NCBI GenBank assembly: GCA_050014195.1
Contig: JBEKDT010000006.1
Coordinates: 128,001 to 192,000, forward strand
Reading direction: 5' to 3'
DNA from: Desulfomonilia bacterium
Lineage (GTDB): Bacteria > Desulfobacterota > Desulfomonilia > UBA1062
DNA length: 64,000 nucleotides
Under the pieces are notes generated by a model. It searched no databases. It saw nothing but the letters and a program-made list of their open reading frames with translations, and was not told the origin of the DNA. Made by a program: the position numbers and the translations under genes. Below, one piece after another: positions 9,764 through 20,582 of the stretch (the stretch's first letter is position 1; each line of letters begins with the position of its first letter).

Positions 9764-11998
9764 GTGACATTATTGAGGAGGGATGTTTTGATAGGGTTCA
9801 CTTCATCTCCAGAAGCTAAAAACACCACTCAGGAAACCACCGGTCACCTATTTTACATAGTTCTTATTTGCGTTTTGCTCACCATAATAACTCTATCTGT
9901 TTATTGGCAAGTAATCGGATATAATTTCATAGCGTTTGATGATTCAACATATGTTGTTAATAATGATATTGTCAAACAAGGAATAAGCTTTGATGGAGTC
10001 AGAAGAGCTTTTTCAGAAGTTTATGCAGGCAACTGGCACCCAATGACTTGGATCTCACATATGCTTGATGTACAGTTTTTCGGAATCAACCCAGGTATGC
10101 ATCACTTAACCAATTTGATCTTCCACATACTCAATACCATACTGCTTTTCCTTGTTTTGGATAGGATGACTGGGGCTATGTGGAGGAGTGCCTTAGTAGC
10201 AGGGTTGTTTGCCATACATCCACTACATGTTGAATCGGTGGTTTGGATCTCCGAACGAAAGGATGTTTTAAGCACCTTCTTTTGGATACTCACCATGATG
10301 GGTTATCACTATTATATACTGAAACGCACTTTATGGAGATATCTCATTGTAGTTCTATTCTACGTCTTAGGGCTTCTATCCAAACCTATGTTAATGACTT
10401 TACCGTTCGTATTACTACTCTTGGATTACTGGCCGTTAAACCGACTGGGGGCCCTTCAGAAAGGAGAGAATAAAAGTGGACATAGCACAGGTATAATGGG
10501 ATCTAGCAACCGGTGTTCGTCCCTTTCAGTTCTTATAATAGAAAAGATACCGCTTATTGTGTTTGCAATGATCTCATGTTGTGTGACCTTCTATGCACAG
10601 AAAAGCGGTGGGGCAATGAGAACAATTGCTGTGATAGGTATGGCCCCCAGGATAGTAAATGCTATAAACACATATATAGCCTATCTAGGGAAGACACTTT
10701 GCCCAGTCAACCTTGCAATATTCTACCCATATCCAGATACATTTAATCCTCTTTGGGTAATATTGTGTGCCCTGCTTCTTTTGTTCATCTCCGCATTTGT
10801 CTTGTTTTCTGTAAGGAGGTTCCCCTACCTCGCAGTGGGTTGGTTCTGGTATCTCGGTACGTTAATCCCGGTCATTGGGATCGTACAAGTGGGAGACCAG
10901 GCAATGGCTGACAGGTACACATATATACCACTTGTTGGTATTTTCCTTATGATCGTTTGGGGACTTGGGGATTTGTTTGCCAAGTGGCATTACAAAAAAG
11001 TTTTCCTAGAAGTTGTAACAGTCATCGTTTTTACACTTCTTATTGTATTTACGTGGTTGCAGATTGGCTTTTGGAAGAACAATGAGACCCTCTTCAGGCA
11101 CACACTTGCTGTCACTGAAAACAACTACCTAGCACATGGAATCCTTGGGAAGGTTCTTATCAGTCAAGGTAATGTGGATGGGGCCATCAAGGAGTACAAG
11201 GAGGCTATTCGGATAAACCCGTATTACTATCTGGCATATTTCCGTCTTGGACAGATGTTTACAAAAAAGAAGGAAGATGGAAAGGCTATTGAATATTATT
11301 CAAAAGGATTGGAAATCAAGCCTGATGATATCTTAGCCCACAATTATCTAGGCGACCTGTTAGTAAAGATGGGAAAAACAGATGAGGCTATTAGTCGATA
11401 TAATGACTCATTGCGAATAAATCCACACCAGCCAGTAGTCTACAATAATCTTGGGAATATCTACCTTCTGAAAGGGAATACTGAAAAAGCTATTGAATGT
11501 TATCAGTATGCTGTAAACGAAAAATCTGATTATTCTAAGGCAATAATTAATCTCAAAAATGCACGGATGATCCAAAGTGTACAAGAATTGTTGAAGGCCA
11601 ATCCTCAGAATTCTGCACTGCACACAAAACTCGGCAATATCTACAGTCAAATGGGTGGATATGATGAAGCTATTGCTCAATATCAAAAAGCGATCTCAAT
11701 TCAACCCAAATACATCCAAGCCATGGACGGTCTTTCACGCATATATTCTAACGGTCAGGATTACGATAAGGCTCTGAGTGTGCTTAAAAATATGCAGAAG
11801 ATGCAGCCCGGAAATCCAACTATCTACTATAATATTGCGTGTATTTATGCAAAACAGAATAATATTGTTGAATCCATTGTTTGGCTAAAACATTCAATTG
11901 AGAAGGGATTTCATAATTGGGACCTGATTAAGAAGGACCCCGATCTTGCAAACATCAGAAACACCTCTTTTGTTAATGAATTGATAAAAAATCATTAA
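9764..11998 (+). CDS. TMTC-like membrane glycosyltransferase (GT-C fold) with C-terminal TPRs, paralog 1
   Basis: FDD loop, NWHPMTWISHMLD, HPLHVESVVWISERKDVLS, ADRYTYIP; many TM segments then TPRs; AT-rich; start uncertain. Confidence 0.85.
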   Translation: MTLLRRDVLIGFTSSPEAKNTTQETTGHLFYIVLICVLLTIITLSVYWQVIGYNFIAFDDSTYVVNNDIVKQGISFDGVRRAFSEVYAGNWHPMTWISHMLDVQFFGINPGMHHLTNLIFHILNTILLFLVLDRMTGAMWRSALVAGLFAIHPLHVESVVWISERKDVLSTFFWILTMMGYHYYILKRTLWRYLIVVLFYVLGLLSKPMLMTLPFVLLLLDYWPLNRLGALQKGENKSGHSTGIMGSSNRCSSLSVLIIEKIPLIVFAMISCCVTFYAQKSGGAMRTIAVIGMAPRIVNAINTYIAYLGKTLCPVNLAIFYPYPDTFNPLWVILCALLLLFISAFVLFSVRRFPYLAVGWFWYLGTLIPVIGIVQVGDQAMADRYTYIPLVGIFLMIVWGLGDLFAKWHYKKVFLEVVTVIVFTLLIVFTWLQIGFWKNNETLFRHTLAVTENNYLAHGILGKVLISQGNVDGAIKEYKEAIRINPYYYLAYFRLGQMFTKKKEDGKAIEYYSKGLEIKPDDILAHNYLGDLLVKMGKTDEAISRYNDSLRINPHQPVVYNNLGNIYLLKGNTEKAIECYQYAVNEKSDYSKAIINLKNARMIQSVQELLKANPQNSALHTKLGNIYSQMGGYDEAIAQYQKAISIQPKYIQAMDGLSRIYSNGQDYDKALSVLKNMQKMQPGNPTIYYNIACIYAKQNNIVESIVWLKHSIEKGFHNWDLIKKDPDLANIRNTSFVNELIKNH

Positions 11999-12019
11999 GA
12001 TATTTTATGGAAGAAGAAG

Positions 12020-12280
12020 TTCGGAAGTCCTCCAGTGCATAATGGGTCCTCTTCTTGTGCCCATAACGTTCCTGCTCAGCGAACCGAGGGTCCCTTGTCC
12101 GGAATCCCCTGTCCGGGATATAGGCATCCACTTCCTCTTCAGGTCATTAACCGATCCGCTCCACTGCTTGGATGCATTACTCGAGAGCTTGCAGCCATCC
12201 AATGCAAACAGCGTCCCCCCAAGCAGTGCCATCTCCTCACAGACCAGCAGTACATCCTGAAACAGAGGCAGGATCTCCTC
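12020..12280 (-). mobile_element. IS1182-like transposase remnant with internal deletion
   Basis: EEILPLFQDVLLVCEEMALLGGTLFALDGCKLSSNASKQWSG joined out of frame to VDAYIPDRGFRTRDPRF; family recalled from motifs. Confidence 0.7.
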
Positions 12281-12425
12281 TCACACGATTTCAGAGTGTG
12301 TCCTCTGGCACGCGATCTATATTTTATAACTTTTATGATGTTCTCTGACCTTTCAGTTCTTATAGATGTCGTTATTTCATTTGAATCATGCCGGGTGAGA
12401 GTTATGTTCAGAAACATTCCCGATT

Positions 12426-12477
12426 AAAAAAAAGCACCCGACTCCCAGCTCTCATTGCGGGAGAGGAAGACGGATGC
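12426..12477 (-). terminator. Probable intrinsic terminator after the MCP/cheW cluster
   Basis: Minus strand GCATCCG...CGGGTGC stem with inner CTCCC/GGGAG, followed by T8. Confidence 0.5.
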
Positions 12478-12543
12478 AAGGGAGGTTGTTTCTCTTTTAT
12501 TCGTTTAATCAGGCATTATAACCCCTGATTACCGTTTCTTTCC

Positions 12544-12776
12544 TTAGGCCTGAGTGACCTGGCGCTCTACTTCAAGATCTTCGGCGGAAAAGACCTTATC
12601 GATGTCGAGGATCATGACCAATTCCTCACCCCGCTTACCCATGCCCTTTAAAAACTCCGTGTTCAGCCGGTCCCGATCCTGGGAGCCGGCTCGATGTTCT
12701 CCGGTTCAATATCCATGACCTCATGTACAGAGTACGCCAGTACACCAAGCATGATATCATTGCCGTCGATGTCCAT
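12544..12776 (-). pseudogene. cheW: cheW pseudogene (N-terminal half deleted, one frameshift)
   Basis: MDIDGNDIMLGVLAYSVHEVMDIEPENIEPAPRIGT, frameshift, then RLNTEFLKGMGKRGEELVMILDIDKVFS; matches the C-half of the intact cheW. Confidence 0.88.
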
Positions 12777-13990
12777 GCCCAATTCCCTCCAGAGGACCTT
12801 CCAGGGACCTCAGTAGCTCTCGAACTCTTTATCGACTTCATCGCCCTTGGATTCTCCATCATGGAGGTCGATGATGGCACCCGAAGTTCTGACTTCTCCG
12901 TTATTTCTGCCTTTGATGACCGGGGGTATCTCATGGTGCACTTTTCCTGCCTGTGGCTTTGGGGACATATGACCGATCTTTGCCGTCCTTGCCATTGCAG
13001 AGACCTTATTCGCACCCTGCTTCTCAACCTTGAAGAATGAAATAGCCTCCTGGAGCTGGACCGCCTGGGATGAGAGCTCCTCGGATGTGGAAGACATCTC
13101 CTCGGCTGCAGAGGCGTTCTGCTGCACCACCTGGTTGAGCTGCTGGATGGCCGAGTTGATCTGCTCGGCCCCGGTATTCTGCTCGTTGCTCGCCGCGGTA
13201 ATCTCCTGAACAAGCTGGGAGGTCTTCTGGATGTCGGGCACGATCTGAGAGAGGAGCTTGCCTGCCTTTTCAGCCACATCCACGCTGCTCACCGAGAGCT
13301 TGCTGATCTCGCCTGCGGCCTCTGCGGACCGCTCGGCAAGCCTCCTCACCGCTGCGGCCACCACCGCAAACCCCTTGCCGTGTTCCCCGGCCCGGGCGGC
13401 TTCGATGGCGGCGTTTAAGGCCAGCAGGTCGGTCTGACGGGCGATCTCCTCAACGATGTCGATCTTCTCCGCTATGGTCTTCATGGCCGAGACCGTCTCA
13501 AGTACGGCCTTGCCGCCCTCACGGGCGTCTTCCGCCGACTTGACGGCAATCTTCTCGGTCTGCTGGGCATTGTCCGCGTTCTGGCGGATGTTGGATGCCA
13601 TCTGCTCCATGGAGGAAGATGCCTCCTCGGCAGCAGAGGACTGCTCGCTTGCACCCTGTGACATCTGCTCGGCAGTGGAGCTCATCTGCTCACTGCCCGC
13701 GGCAACATTGTCTGCCGCACCCTTGACATTCTGGACTATATCGGAAAGCTTTTCCACCATATCCTGGATAGAGATCATGAGCTTGTCCTGATCGGAACGT
13801 TTCTGGACCTTCACGGTCAGATCGCCCTGCGCGATTTTCTCGGCCGTTTCAGCCACATCATTCATGGCCTGAATGAGCATGTTGAGGTTGTTCTTGATGG
13901 TATTGAAATCACCATTGTAGCTCTCGGTGATCTTGGACGGTATATCACCCTTGGATATCCGGTCCACATACTCCGCGGTCACATTCAGCG
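12771..13990. repeat. Near-identical MCP HAMP/signalling region plus 3' flank (other copy about 16132-17353)
   Basis: Long identical DNA stretches, including the downstream intergenic sequence; ends approximate. Confidence 0.9.
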
Positions 13991-15449
13991 GGCCTATGAC
14001 GGCATCAAGAAGCTGGTTGACACCATCGATAGCTCTTTTATGAATCCCTTGATATTGGGACGTATCGGCTCTATAAGACAGCTTTCCCTGTATTGCGGAT
14101 TCGATGAGCAGACCGACGTCCTTACCGCGGCTTTCCAAGACATCGATCAGTACATTCAGGTTGTTTTTGATGGTATTGAAATCTCCATTATAAGAGTCCG
14201 TAATCCTGGCCGGGATGTTGCCTTTGCTTATATCGTCAACATACTTAGCGGCTATATTAAGAGGACCGATCACTGTATCCAGGGTGTCGTTCACACCTTC
14301 AACAACCTTCCTGAAATCTCCCTGGTGCTTGGTCGCATCCGCTCTCGTGGCCAGTTTCCCTTCCACAGCTGCTTTGGAGAGCACATTGACATCTACTACC
14401 AGGGTGTTAACCGTGCCGATTAGGTTTGCCAGGGCCTTCATTAACTCATCCTTTTCCGAGCGCTGTTTTACCTCAAGGTTTGTATTTCCGATCGACATCT
14501 CCTTTGCTATTTCAGTCACTTTTTGTATAGCATCGATCAACATGTTCAGGTTGTTCTTGATCTCGTTGAAGTCGCCATTGTAAGAATCCGTGATCTTCGG
14601 AGGAATATCACCCTTGGATATACGGTCCACGTACTCGGCTGCCACGTTGAGCGGCCCGATCACTGCGTCGAGAATGTTATTGATGCCCTTGATGATATCC
14701 CGGAATTCAAAGTTGATCTTCTGAGGATCGCCCCTTGTGGTAAGCTTGCCCTCTACGCACGCATTGGTCAGAAGATTAGTCTCCTCCAGCATCCCGCTGA
14801 TGATTTTTGTGATGCTGCGGGTCATGGCGATGGCATAGGTCAAGCTCCCGATACCGATTACAAGCAGGACGGCAAAGATGATATAAAACAGACTTGAAAA
14901 GGACTTCTGCATATCATCAATATAGATTCCGGAACCGACAACCCAGCCCCAAGGCTTAAAAAGCTTAACATAGGATATCTTGTCAACGGGCTTTTCTGTT
15001 CCCGGCTTCTCCCATTTATACTCAACCAAGCCTTCGCCTTTTTCTTTGCAAATATTAACCATCTCCACAAAGAGCCTTTTCCCTTTTGGGTCCTTGTTCT
15101 CCGATAGGTCTTTGCCATTCAACTCGGGTTTGAAAGGATGCATGATCATCTTTGGGGTCATGTCGTTAATCCAGAAATATTCTTTTTCGGCATAACGAAG
15201 GTTTTGCACTTCCATGGCGGCTTTGCCCTGTGCTTCTGCCAGCGGCATCTTTCCTTTTTTCACTAGGTCATCATACTGGACAAGGATGCTGTAGGCCACA
15301 TCGACCAGACGACGCGTCGCTGTAATCTTTTCGTCATAAATCCTTCCCCTGGAAGTTATATAGAGCCCTCCTATAACAAGGGTGAAAAGGATAATAGTAA
15401 CGACAGACTGCATCATGATCCGGCTTGAAAGTTTCAGTTTTAATGACAC
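12810..15449 (-). CDS. Methyl-accepting chemotaxis protein, single-Cache sensor, poly-HAMP
   Basis: YFWIND...MHPFKPEL...YKWEKP...KISYV...[13 protein letters not shown]; repeated GDFN HAMPs; [30 protein letters not shown]; C-terminal EFESY. Confidence 0.95.
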   Translation of the reverse strand: MSLKLKLSSRIMMQSVVTIILFTLVIGGLYITSRGRIYDEKITATRRLVDVAYSILVQYDDLVKKGKMPLAEAQGKAAMEVQNLRYAEKEYFWINDMTPKMIMHPFKPELNGKDLSENKDPKGKRLFVEMVNICKEKGEGLVEYKWEKPGTEKPVDKISYVKLFKPWGWVVGSGIYIDDMQKSFSSLFYIIFAVLLVIGIGSLTYAIAMTRSITKIISGMLEETNLLTNACVEGKLTTRGDPQKINFEFRDIIKGINNILDAVIGPLNVAAEYVDRISKGDIPPKITDSYNGDFNEIKNNLNMLIDAIQKVTEIAKEMSIGNTNLEVKQRSEKDELMKALANLIGTVNTLVVDVNVLSKAAVEGKLATRADATKHQGDFRKVVEGVNDTLDTVIGPLNIAAKYVDDISKGNIPARITDSYNGDFNTIKNNLNVLIDVLESRGKDVGLLIESAIQGKLSYRADTSQYQGIHKRAIDGVNQLLDAVIGPLNVTAEYVDRISKGDIPSKITESYNGDFNTIKNNLNMLIQAMNDVAETAEKIAQGDLTVKVQKRSDQDKLMISIQDMVEKLSDIVQNVKGAADNVAAGSEQMSSTAEQMSQGASEQSSAAEEASSSMEQMASNIRQNADNAQQTEKIAVKSAEDAREGGKAVLETVSAMKTIAEKIDIVEEIARQTDLLALNAAIEAARAGEHGKGFAVVAAAVRRLAERSAEAAGEISKLSVSSVDVAEKAGKLLSQIVPDIQKTSQLVQEITAASNEQNTGAEQINSAIQQLNQVVQQNASAAEEMSSTSEELSSQAVQLQEAISFFKVEKQGANKVSAMARTAKIGHMSPKPQAGKVHHEIPPVIKGRNNGEVRTSGAIIDLHDGESKGDEVDKEFESY

Positions 15450-15493
15450 ATGATCCTCCTTGATCTACGATTCATCATGCCCGGGAAGGTGCA

Positions 15494-16015
15494 TCACAGG
15501 GCTGACTCGATCGCCTCGGCATTGACATGGGTCTGTCCCGCAAGATTGACCATGGACAGGTCATCAGAGGAGAAGACCTTGTCGATGTCCAGGATCATGA
15601 CGAATTCCTCGTCGCGTCTTCCCATGCCTTTGATAAAATCCGTGTTAAGCCTGGTGCCTATCCGGGGGGCCGGCTCGATGTTCTCCGGTTCAATATCCAT
15701 GACCTCGTGAACCGAGTCTGCCAGTACCCCGAGTACTGTCTCATCGCCTTCGATTGAGATCTCGCCGATGATGATCCTCGTATTCACCGTCTTTTCCGTG
15801 TCCTTGATCCCGAACTTCCTGTTGAGGTCCACCACCGGCACCACTGAGCCCCGCAGGTTGATCACCCCTTTCATAAAATCCGGGGTCTGAGGCACCTTGG
15901 TTATCTTGGTGAAGTCGAGCACCTCGCGGACCTTGGATATGTCCAGTGCGAATTCCTCTTCATCGAGCTTGAACGAAAGGTACTGCCTGGTCTCGGTTAT
16001 TGTCTCCACACTCAT
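15494..16015 (-). CDS. cheW: Chemotaxis coupling protein CheW
   Basis: QYLSFKLDEEEFALDISKVREV, GVINLRGSVVPVVDL; ATG at 16015 after AAGGAG (the ORF-track extension overlaps the MCP). Confidence 0.95.
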   Translation of the reverse strand: MSVETITETRQYLSFKLDEEEFALDISKVREVLDFTKITKVPQTPDFMKGVINLRGSVVPVVDLNRKFGIKDTEKTVNTRIIIGEISIEGDETVLGVLADSVHEVMDIEPENIEPAPRIGTRLNTDFIKGMGRRDEEFVMILDIDKVFSSDDLSMVNLAGQTHVNAEAIESAL

Positions 16016-16137
16016 GGTTTTCTCCTTCTTCTCTTCAGCATAATCTTCAACCCGATCGATACTATCAGCATCAGGGGGAACAGGCCCTTCATGGGTGCTG
16101 TATCTTTGGGCGCTGAATGCCCCTTGTAGCTGTCCAT
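16012..16137 (-). CDS. Putative 41-aa membrane peptide coupled to cheW
   Basis: MDSYKGHSAPKDTAPMKGLFPLMLIVSIGLKIMLKRRRRKP*; stop overlaps the cheW start (ATGA). Confidence 0.3.
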   Translation of the reverse strand: MDSYKGHSAPKDTAPMKGLFPLMLIVSIGLKIMLKRRRRKP

Positions 16138-16172
16138 GCCCAATTTCCCTGCGAGGACCTTCCAAGGGGTCC

Positions 16173-18149
16173 TCAGTAGCTCTCGAAATCTTTATCGGCT
16201 TCATCGCCCTTAGATTCTCCATCATGGAGGTTGATGATTGCACCCGTCTTTTTAGCTTCTCCGTTATTCCTGCCTTTGATGACTGGAGGTATCTCATGGT
16301 GCACCTTCCCCACCTGGGGATTGGGGGACATGTGACCGATCTTTGCCGTCCTTGCTATTGCAGAGGCCTTATTCGCACCCTGCTTGTCGATTTTGAAGAA
16401 GGAAATGGACCCCTGGAGCTGGACCGCCTGGGATGAGAGCTCCTCGGAGGTGGATGACATCTCTTCGGCTGCAGAGGCATTCTGCTGCACCACCTGGTTG
16501 AGTTGCTGGATCGCGGAATTTATCTGGTTCGCACCGGTGTTCTGCTCGTTGCTCGCCGCAGTGATCTCCTGGACCAGTTGGGAGGTCTTCTGGATGTCGG
16601 GCACGATCTGAGAGAGGAGCTTGCCCGCCTTTTCAGCCACATCCACGCTGCTTACCGAGAGCTTGCTGATCTCGCCTGCGGCCTCTGCGGACCGCTCGGC
16701 AAGCCTTCTCACCGCTGCGGCCACTACCGCAAACCCCTTGCCGTGTTCCCCGGCACGGGCCGCCTCGATGGCGGCGTTTAAGGCCAGCAGGTCGGTCTGA
16801 CGGGCGATCTCCTCAACGATGTCAATCTTCTCCGCTATGGTCTTCATGGCCGAGACCGTCTCAAGTACGGCCTTGCCGCCCTCACGGGCATCTTCCGCCG
16901 ACTTGACGGCGATCTTCTCGGTCTGCTGGGCATTGTCCGCGTTCTGGCGGATGTTGGATGCCATCTGCTCCATGGAGGAAGATGCCTCCTCGGCAGCGGA
17001 GGCCTGCTCGCTTGCACCCTGGGACATCTCCTCGGCCGTGGAGCTCATCTGCTCGCTGCCTGCTGCCACATTGTCCGCTGCGTTCTTGACATCCTGAACA
17101 ACGTTTGAGAGCTTATCCACCATGTCTTGCAGAGAGATCATGAGTTTGTCTTGTTCGGAACGTTTCAGAACTTTAATGGTTAGATCACCGTTTGCGATCT
17201 TTTCAGCCGTCTCGGCCACATCATTCATGGCCTGAATGAGCATGTTGAGGTTGTTCTTGATGGTATTGAAATCGCCGTTGTAATTGTCGGTGATCTTGTC
17301 CGGGATATCTCCCTTGGATATCCGGTCCACATACTCGGCTGTCACATTCAGCGGCTTGATAAGGGCATCGAGGATATTGTTGACACCTTGCACAATACCC
17401 TGGAACTCGAAGTTGATCTTCTCAGGATCACCGCGTGTATCAAGCTTTCCTTCCAGGCATGCCTCGGTAAGGTGCTGTGTTTCATTCAAGATAGACTTTA
17501 TGATGTTGACTACGTTCTTCATTAAGATAGTACCAAGAACACCAGCAAGCAGGGCACCTAAAATGATAATAGATATCATGGTATTTGTGGCACGACTTGT
17601 TGTAGCCTGATTGTCCTCCATGGTCTTCTTGCCACTGTCGACATTGTATTTCGTGACATTATTAAGGGTGTCTTCAACTGCAGTATATTTTTTATCAAGA
17701 TCACCTAACAGGAGAGTAAGGGCCTCGGCTTTTTTATCAGCTTTAGCAAGATCGATACACTGGTTCGTCTCGCTGACAGCCAAATTCCTGGCATCAAGAT
17801 AGGTTTGCCAATTTTTCTTGTCTTGTTCATCCAGGTTTGTCTTGGCATAATCATCTTCGGTTTTTTTTATTGATTCGAGATCACCCTTAACTTGATCCTG
17901 CATCTTTAGTCTTTCAGAAGGGTCCGTCTTGATAAGCATATCACGGAGATCTACTTGAAGTGTCTGGATTTCTCGTCCAAGGTCACCAAGGGCGGCAATT
18001 GGTACGGTTACCTGCTCATAGAGAATGGTATCAGCATTGTCTATTTTCTTGATGTTCATGATGCCGCAAACACCAATCGCTAGGGAAATGATGATCATTA
18101 CTGCCAATGCACTGATAATTTTGGGCCCCATCTTCATATTTTTAAACAT
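16173..18149 (-). CDS. Methyl-accepting chemotaxis protein, four-helix-bundle sensor
   Basis: Two TMs flanking a helical periplasmic domain, HAMPs, MCP hairpin, C-terminal DFESY. Confidence 0.95.
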   Translation of the reverse strand: MFKNMKMGPKIISALAVMIIISLAIGVCGIMNIKKIDNADTILYEQVTVPIAALGDLGREIQTLQVDLRDMLIKTDPSERLKMQDQVKGDLESIKKTEDDYAKTNLDEQDKKNWQTYLDARNLAVSETNQCIDLAKADKKAEALTLLLGDLDKKYTAVEDTLNNVTKYNVDSGKKTMEDNQATTSRATNTMISIIILGALLAGVLGTILMKNVVNIIKSILNETQHLTEACLEGKLDTRGDPEKINFEFQGIVQGVNNILDALIKPLNVTAEYVDRISKGDIPDKITDNYNGDFNTIKNNLNMLIQAMNDVAETAEKIANGDLTIKVLKRSEQDKLMISLQDMVDKLSNVVQDVKNAADNVAAGSEQMSSTAEEMSQGASEQASAAEEASSSMEQMASNIRQNADNAQQTEKIAVKSAEDAREGGKAVLETVSAMKTIAEKIDIVEEIARQTDLLALNAAIEAARAGEHGKGFAVVAAAVRRLAERSAEAAGEISKLSVSSVDVAEKAGKLLSQIVPDIQKTSQLVQEITAASNEQNTGANQINSAIQQLNQVVQQNASAAEEMSSTSEELSSQAVQLQGSISFFKIDKQGANKASAIARTAKIGHMSPNPQVGKVHHEIPPVIKGRNNGEAKKTGAIINLHDGESKGDEADKDFESY

Positions 18150-18642
18150 TGTTCTTCCCTCCTTGGTATGTATTCGTTGAATTACATGGATCTGACGGTG
18201 AATATCTTGTACAGCTCATAGCCTTATCCTTGTTCTTTTCTTCCATGGTGTCCGGCGGATCGTTCTCGTAGTGCAAGTGGTCGGCGCCAGCGGTCTTTGT
18301 ATGGCATTCATGTCCTAGAAGTATGCCGTTTACCTTTTCAATGAGGTCATAGTATGGAGTGATCCCCAGTATGCTTCCCATGATTTTACCCCGATCAAGA
18401 ATGAGATATGTGGGTGTACCCCTGGTGGAGTACTTTTCACTGAAGTAGGGGAACACGTCTTCCAGTGTGTAGTATACAGCTAGGCTCCCCTTGAAGTGAT
18501 CAGCAATGTGTTTGAGGGTTATGAGCTGATCCTGAAACTTATGGTCCCTTCGTATGCACGCAATAAGGATAGGGGCATGTGCCCTGTTCAGATCAGTAAT
18601 GGTATCTTGGGTAATCTGAGATACCTCGTATCTCGAATGCAT
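18142..18642 (-). CDS. Thioredoxin-fold protein lacking CxxC (CIRRD motif), copy A
   Basis: [10 protein letters not shown] at the active-site strand, RGTPTYLIL cis-Pro loop, GSILG; stop overlaps the MCP start. Confidence 0.7.
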   Translation of the reverse strand: MHSRYEVSQITQDTITDLNRAHAPILIACIRRDHKFQDQLITLKHIADHFKGSLAVYYTLEDVFPYFSEKYSTRGTPTYLILDRGKIMGSILGITPYYDLIEKVNGILLGHECHTKTAGADHLHYENDPPDTMEEKNKDKAMSCTRYSPSDPCNSTNTYQGGKNNV

Positions 18643-18692
18643 CGCCTATACCCCCCTGGGGAAAGAACCTGTCTTTCCCGCGGTTCCTCCTA

Positions 18693-18709
18693 CTCAACAT
18701 GCGTGCCAT
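18693..18709 (-). promoter_or_regulatory. Sigma-54 (-24/-12)-like promoter A
   Basis: TGGCACGCATGTTGA against consensus TGGCACG-N4-TTGC (GA at -12), about 50 nt upstream of Trx-like A. Confidence 0.6.
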
Positions 18710-18799
18710 AGGGCCGGATGGATGGGGATTATCAGCAAACGATAATTATATTGGTAAGTTAAAATGAATTACGCTTTTGAAAGATGTGCAAACGGCTGG

Positions 18800-18844
18800 T
18801 GTAAAGTTACAGGAATTAACTGTAAGGAGAATGTAAGTTTTACA
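18800..18844. promoter_or_regulatory. Candidate activator sites (TGTAA-N-TTACA palindromes), copy A
   Basis: TGTAAAGTTACA (18800-18811) and TGTAAGTTTTACA (18832-18844), about 95-135 bp upstream of the -24 element. Confidence 0.55.
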
Positions 18845-20582
18845 CTTCTTCAGTAGGAATACAAATATTGTAATCCTTCATCTTTTGATAGAGGCTTGGG
18901 CGGCTGACGCCGAGGATGCGTGCCGCCTGAACCTTGTTCCAGCCGGTGTTTTCCAGGGCGCTGTAAATGTCTTCTCTGGTCAGGGGGGTTTTCTTTCGAC
19001 TGTGGCTGGTTTCATGCGAGTGATATATGCTGAGGTGTTCTCTTATCTCCTGGGGCAGATTATCCATATTTATGGTCTGTGACCGGCATACCACAAAGGC
19101 ATGCTCGAGCACATGCATGAGTTCCCTGATGTTGCCGGGCCAGTCATACCCCATGAAGCAGATCTCGACTTCCTTTGAGATACCCGTGATATTCTTTTTG
19201 AATTTTTTATCGAATGAGCTGATTAAATGATCGACCAGGAGGGGAATATCCTCCCTTCTTTCCCGAAGGGGGGGCACCTTGATCTCGACCACTTTCAGGC
19301 GATAATACAGGTCTTCCCGGAATTCGCCCTTCCTCACCTTGTCCATAAGGTCCTGGTTCGTGGCGGACAGTATCCGGACATCCATCCTGATGGGCGTGGG
19401 GTCGCCCACCCGTTCGAACTCCTTTGTCTCGAGCACCCTCAGGAGTTTGACCTGCGTCCTGGGAGATATGTCTCCGATCTCATCGAGGAAGAGGGTGCCA
19501 TGGTTTGCCAGCTGGAAACGCCCGACTTTATCCTTCACCGCTCCGGTAAAGGCCCCCTTGACATGGCCGAACAGCTCGCTCTCGAGGAGGCTCTCTGTCA
19601 GCGCCGAGCAGTTGACAACCACAAAGGGCTTGTGCGCCCGTACGCCGGAATAATGGACCGCCCGGGCTATGAGCTCCTTGCCTGTCCCGCTAGGCCCTGT
19701 GATGAGAATGGTGGTGTCCATATCCTTCAGATTTTCGAGCAGGCTGTAGATGTCCTGCATCTTCCTGCTCCTGCCGATGATATTGTTGAACTGGTTCCTG
19801 TCCTGGAGCTCCTTCTCGAGGTGAGACAACCGTGAGATGTCCCTGATGACCATGACCCCGCCTATCTGGTTTTCCTCGGTATCCTTGAGTGGTGTGACAT
19901 TCAGCAGTACAATCTGCAGGGGATTTCTGGCATGTTCGCACTCGATCCGGTAATCCCGGATGTAATTCCTGCTGAGCAGGGCATCCTCGAAGACACTCCA
20001 GCATCTCAGGCTGCACCTGTTTCTAATCTGAGGTACCATGTTTCCTAAAATGGAAGATGCACCGCAGATACTCTTGAACGCATTGTTCACCCGGGTCACC
20101 TTCATCTGGTTGTCAACCGTGACGATGGCATCCTCGACACTCTGGAAGATGGCCTCCAGGTGCGCCTGGTATGCCTTGTTCTCGCGCTCGATGGCTTCCT
20201 TTTCATCCTGAAAGGCCTTGAATTGGATGGCGTGTTTTGTCACGCGGATCAGGGTGTCGGCAAAGATAGGCTTTGCGATGTAATCAAAGGCCCCGTAGCG
20301 CACTGCAGCAGCAGCGGTTTCGATTTCAGGCTCACCGGTGATCATGATCACCGGACTGTCGAGGTCGAGGGTCTTCGCCTCCTTGAGGATATCGATGCCC
20401 GAGCGTTCCTCGAGGATGATGTCCGCAAAGATGACATCAAAGTGGGTTTGTGAGATAGCAGCCATGGCCGAGTCATAATCATCAGCCGTGTGCACGATGT
20501 ACCCGTGATTACCGAGCACCGCACTGAAGGTCTTCAGGATGCTTTCATCATCGTCTATGATGAGGATCTTTGATTGAATCAT
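18840..20582 (-). CDS. Sigma-54-dependent activator REC-PAS-AAA+-HTH, paralog A
   Basis: IIDDD/ADI/KP receiver, PAS, GPSGTGKE, GAFTGA, FLDEIGD, WPGNIREL, HTH SRPSLY. Confidence 0.95.
   Translation of the reverse strand: MIQSKILIIDDDESILKTFSAVLGNHGYIVHTADDYDSAMAAISQTHFDVIFADIILEERSGIDILKEAKTLDLDSPVIMITGEPEIETAAAAVRYGAFDYIAKPIFADTLIRVTKHAIQFKAFQDEKEAIERENKAYQAHLEAIFQSVEDAIVTVDNQMKVTRVNNAFKSICGASSILGNMVPQIRNRCSLRCWSVFEDALLSRNYIRDYRIECEHARNPLQIVLLNVTPLKDTEENQIGGVMVIRDISRLSHLEKELQDRNQFNNIIGRSRKMQDIYSLLENLKDMDTTILITGPSGTGKELIARAVHYSGVRAHKPFVVVNCSALTESLLESELFGHVKGAFTGAVKDKVGRFQLANHGTLFLDEIGDISPRTQVKLLRVLETKEFERVGDPTPIRMDVRILSATNQDLMDKVRKGEFREDLYYRLKVVEIKVPPLRERREDIPLLVDHLISSFDKKFKKNITGISKEVEICFMGYDWPGNIRELMHVLEHAFVVCRSQTINMDNLPQEIREHLSIYHSHETSHSRKKTPLTREDIYSALENTGWNKVQAARILGVSRPSLYQKMKDYNICIPTEEV

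Noticed and set aside
15462-15475. 14-nt exact reverse-complement match (GATCTACGATTCAT) to the left end of the 304-bp repeat at 24056-24069
   Set aside because: Several 14-mer matches are expected by chance in 64 kb on two strands, and the match does not extend.
16016-16297. N-terminal extension of CheW in the ORF track
   Set aside because: It overlaps the MCP 3' end, and a good RBS and ATG lie at 16015.
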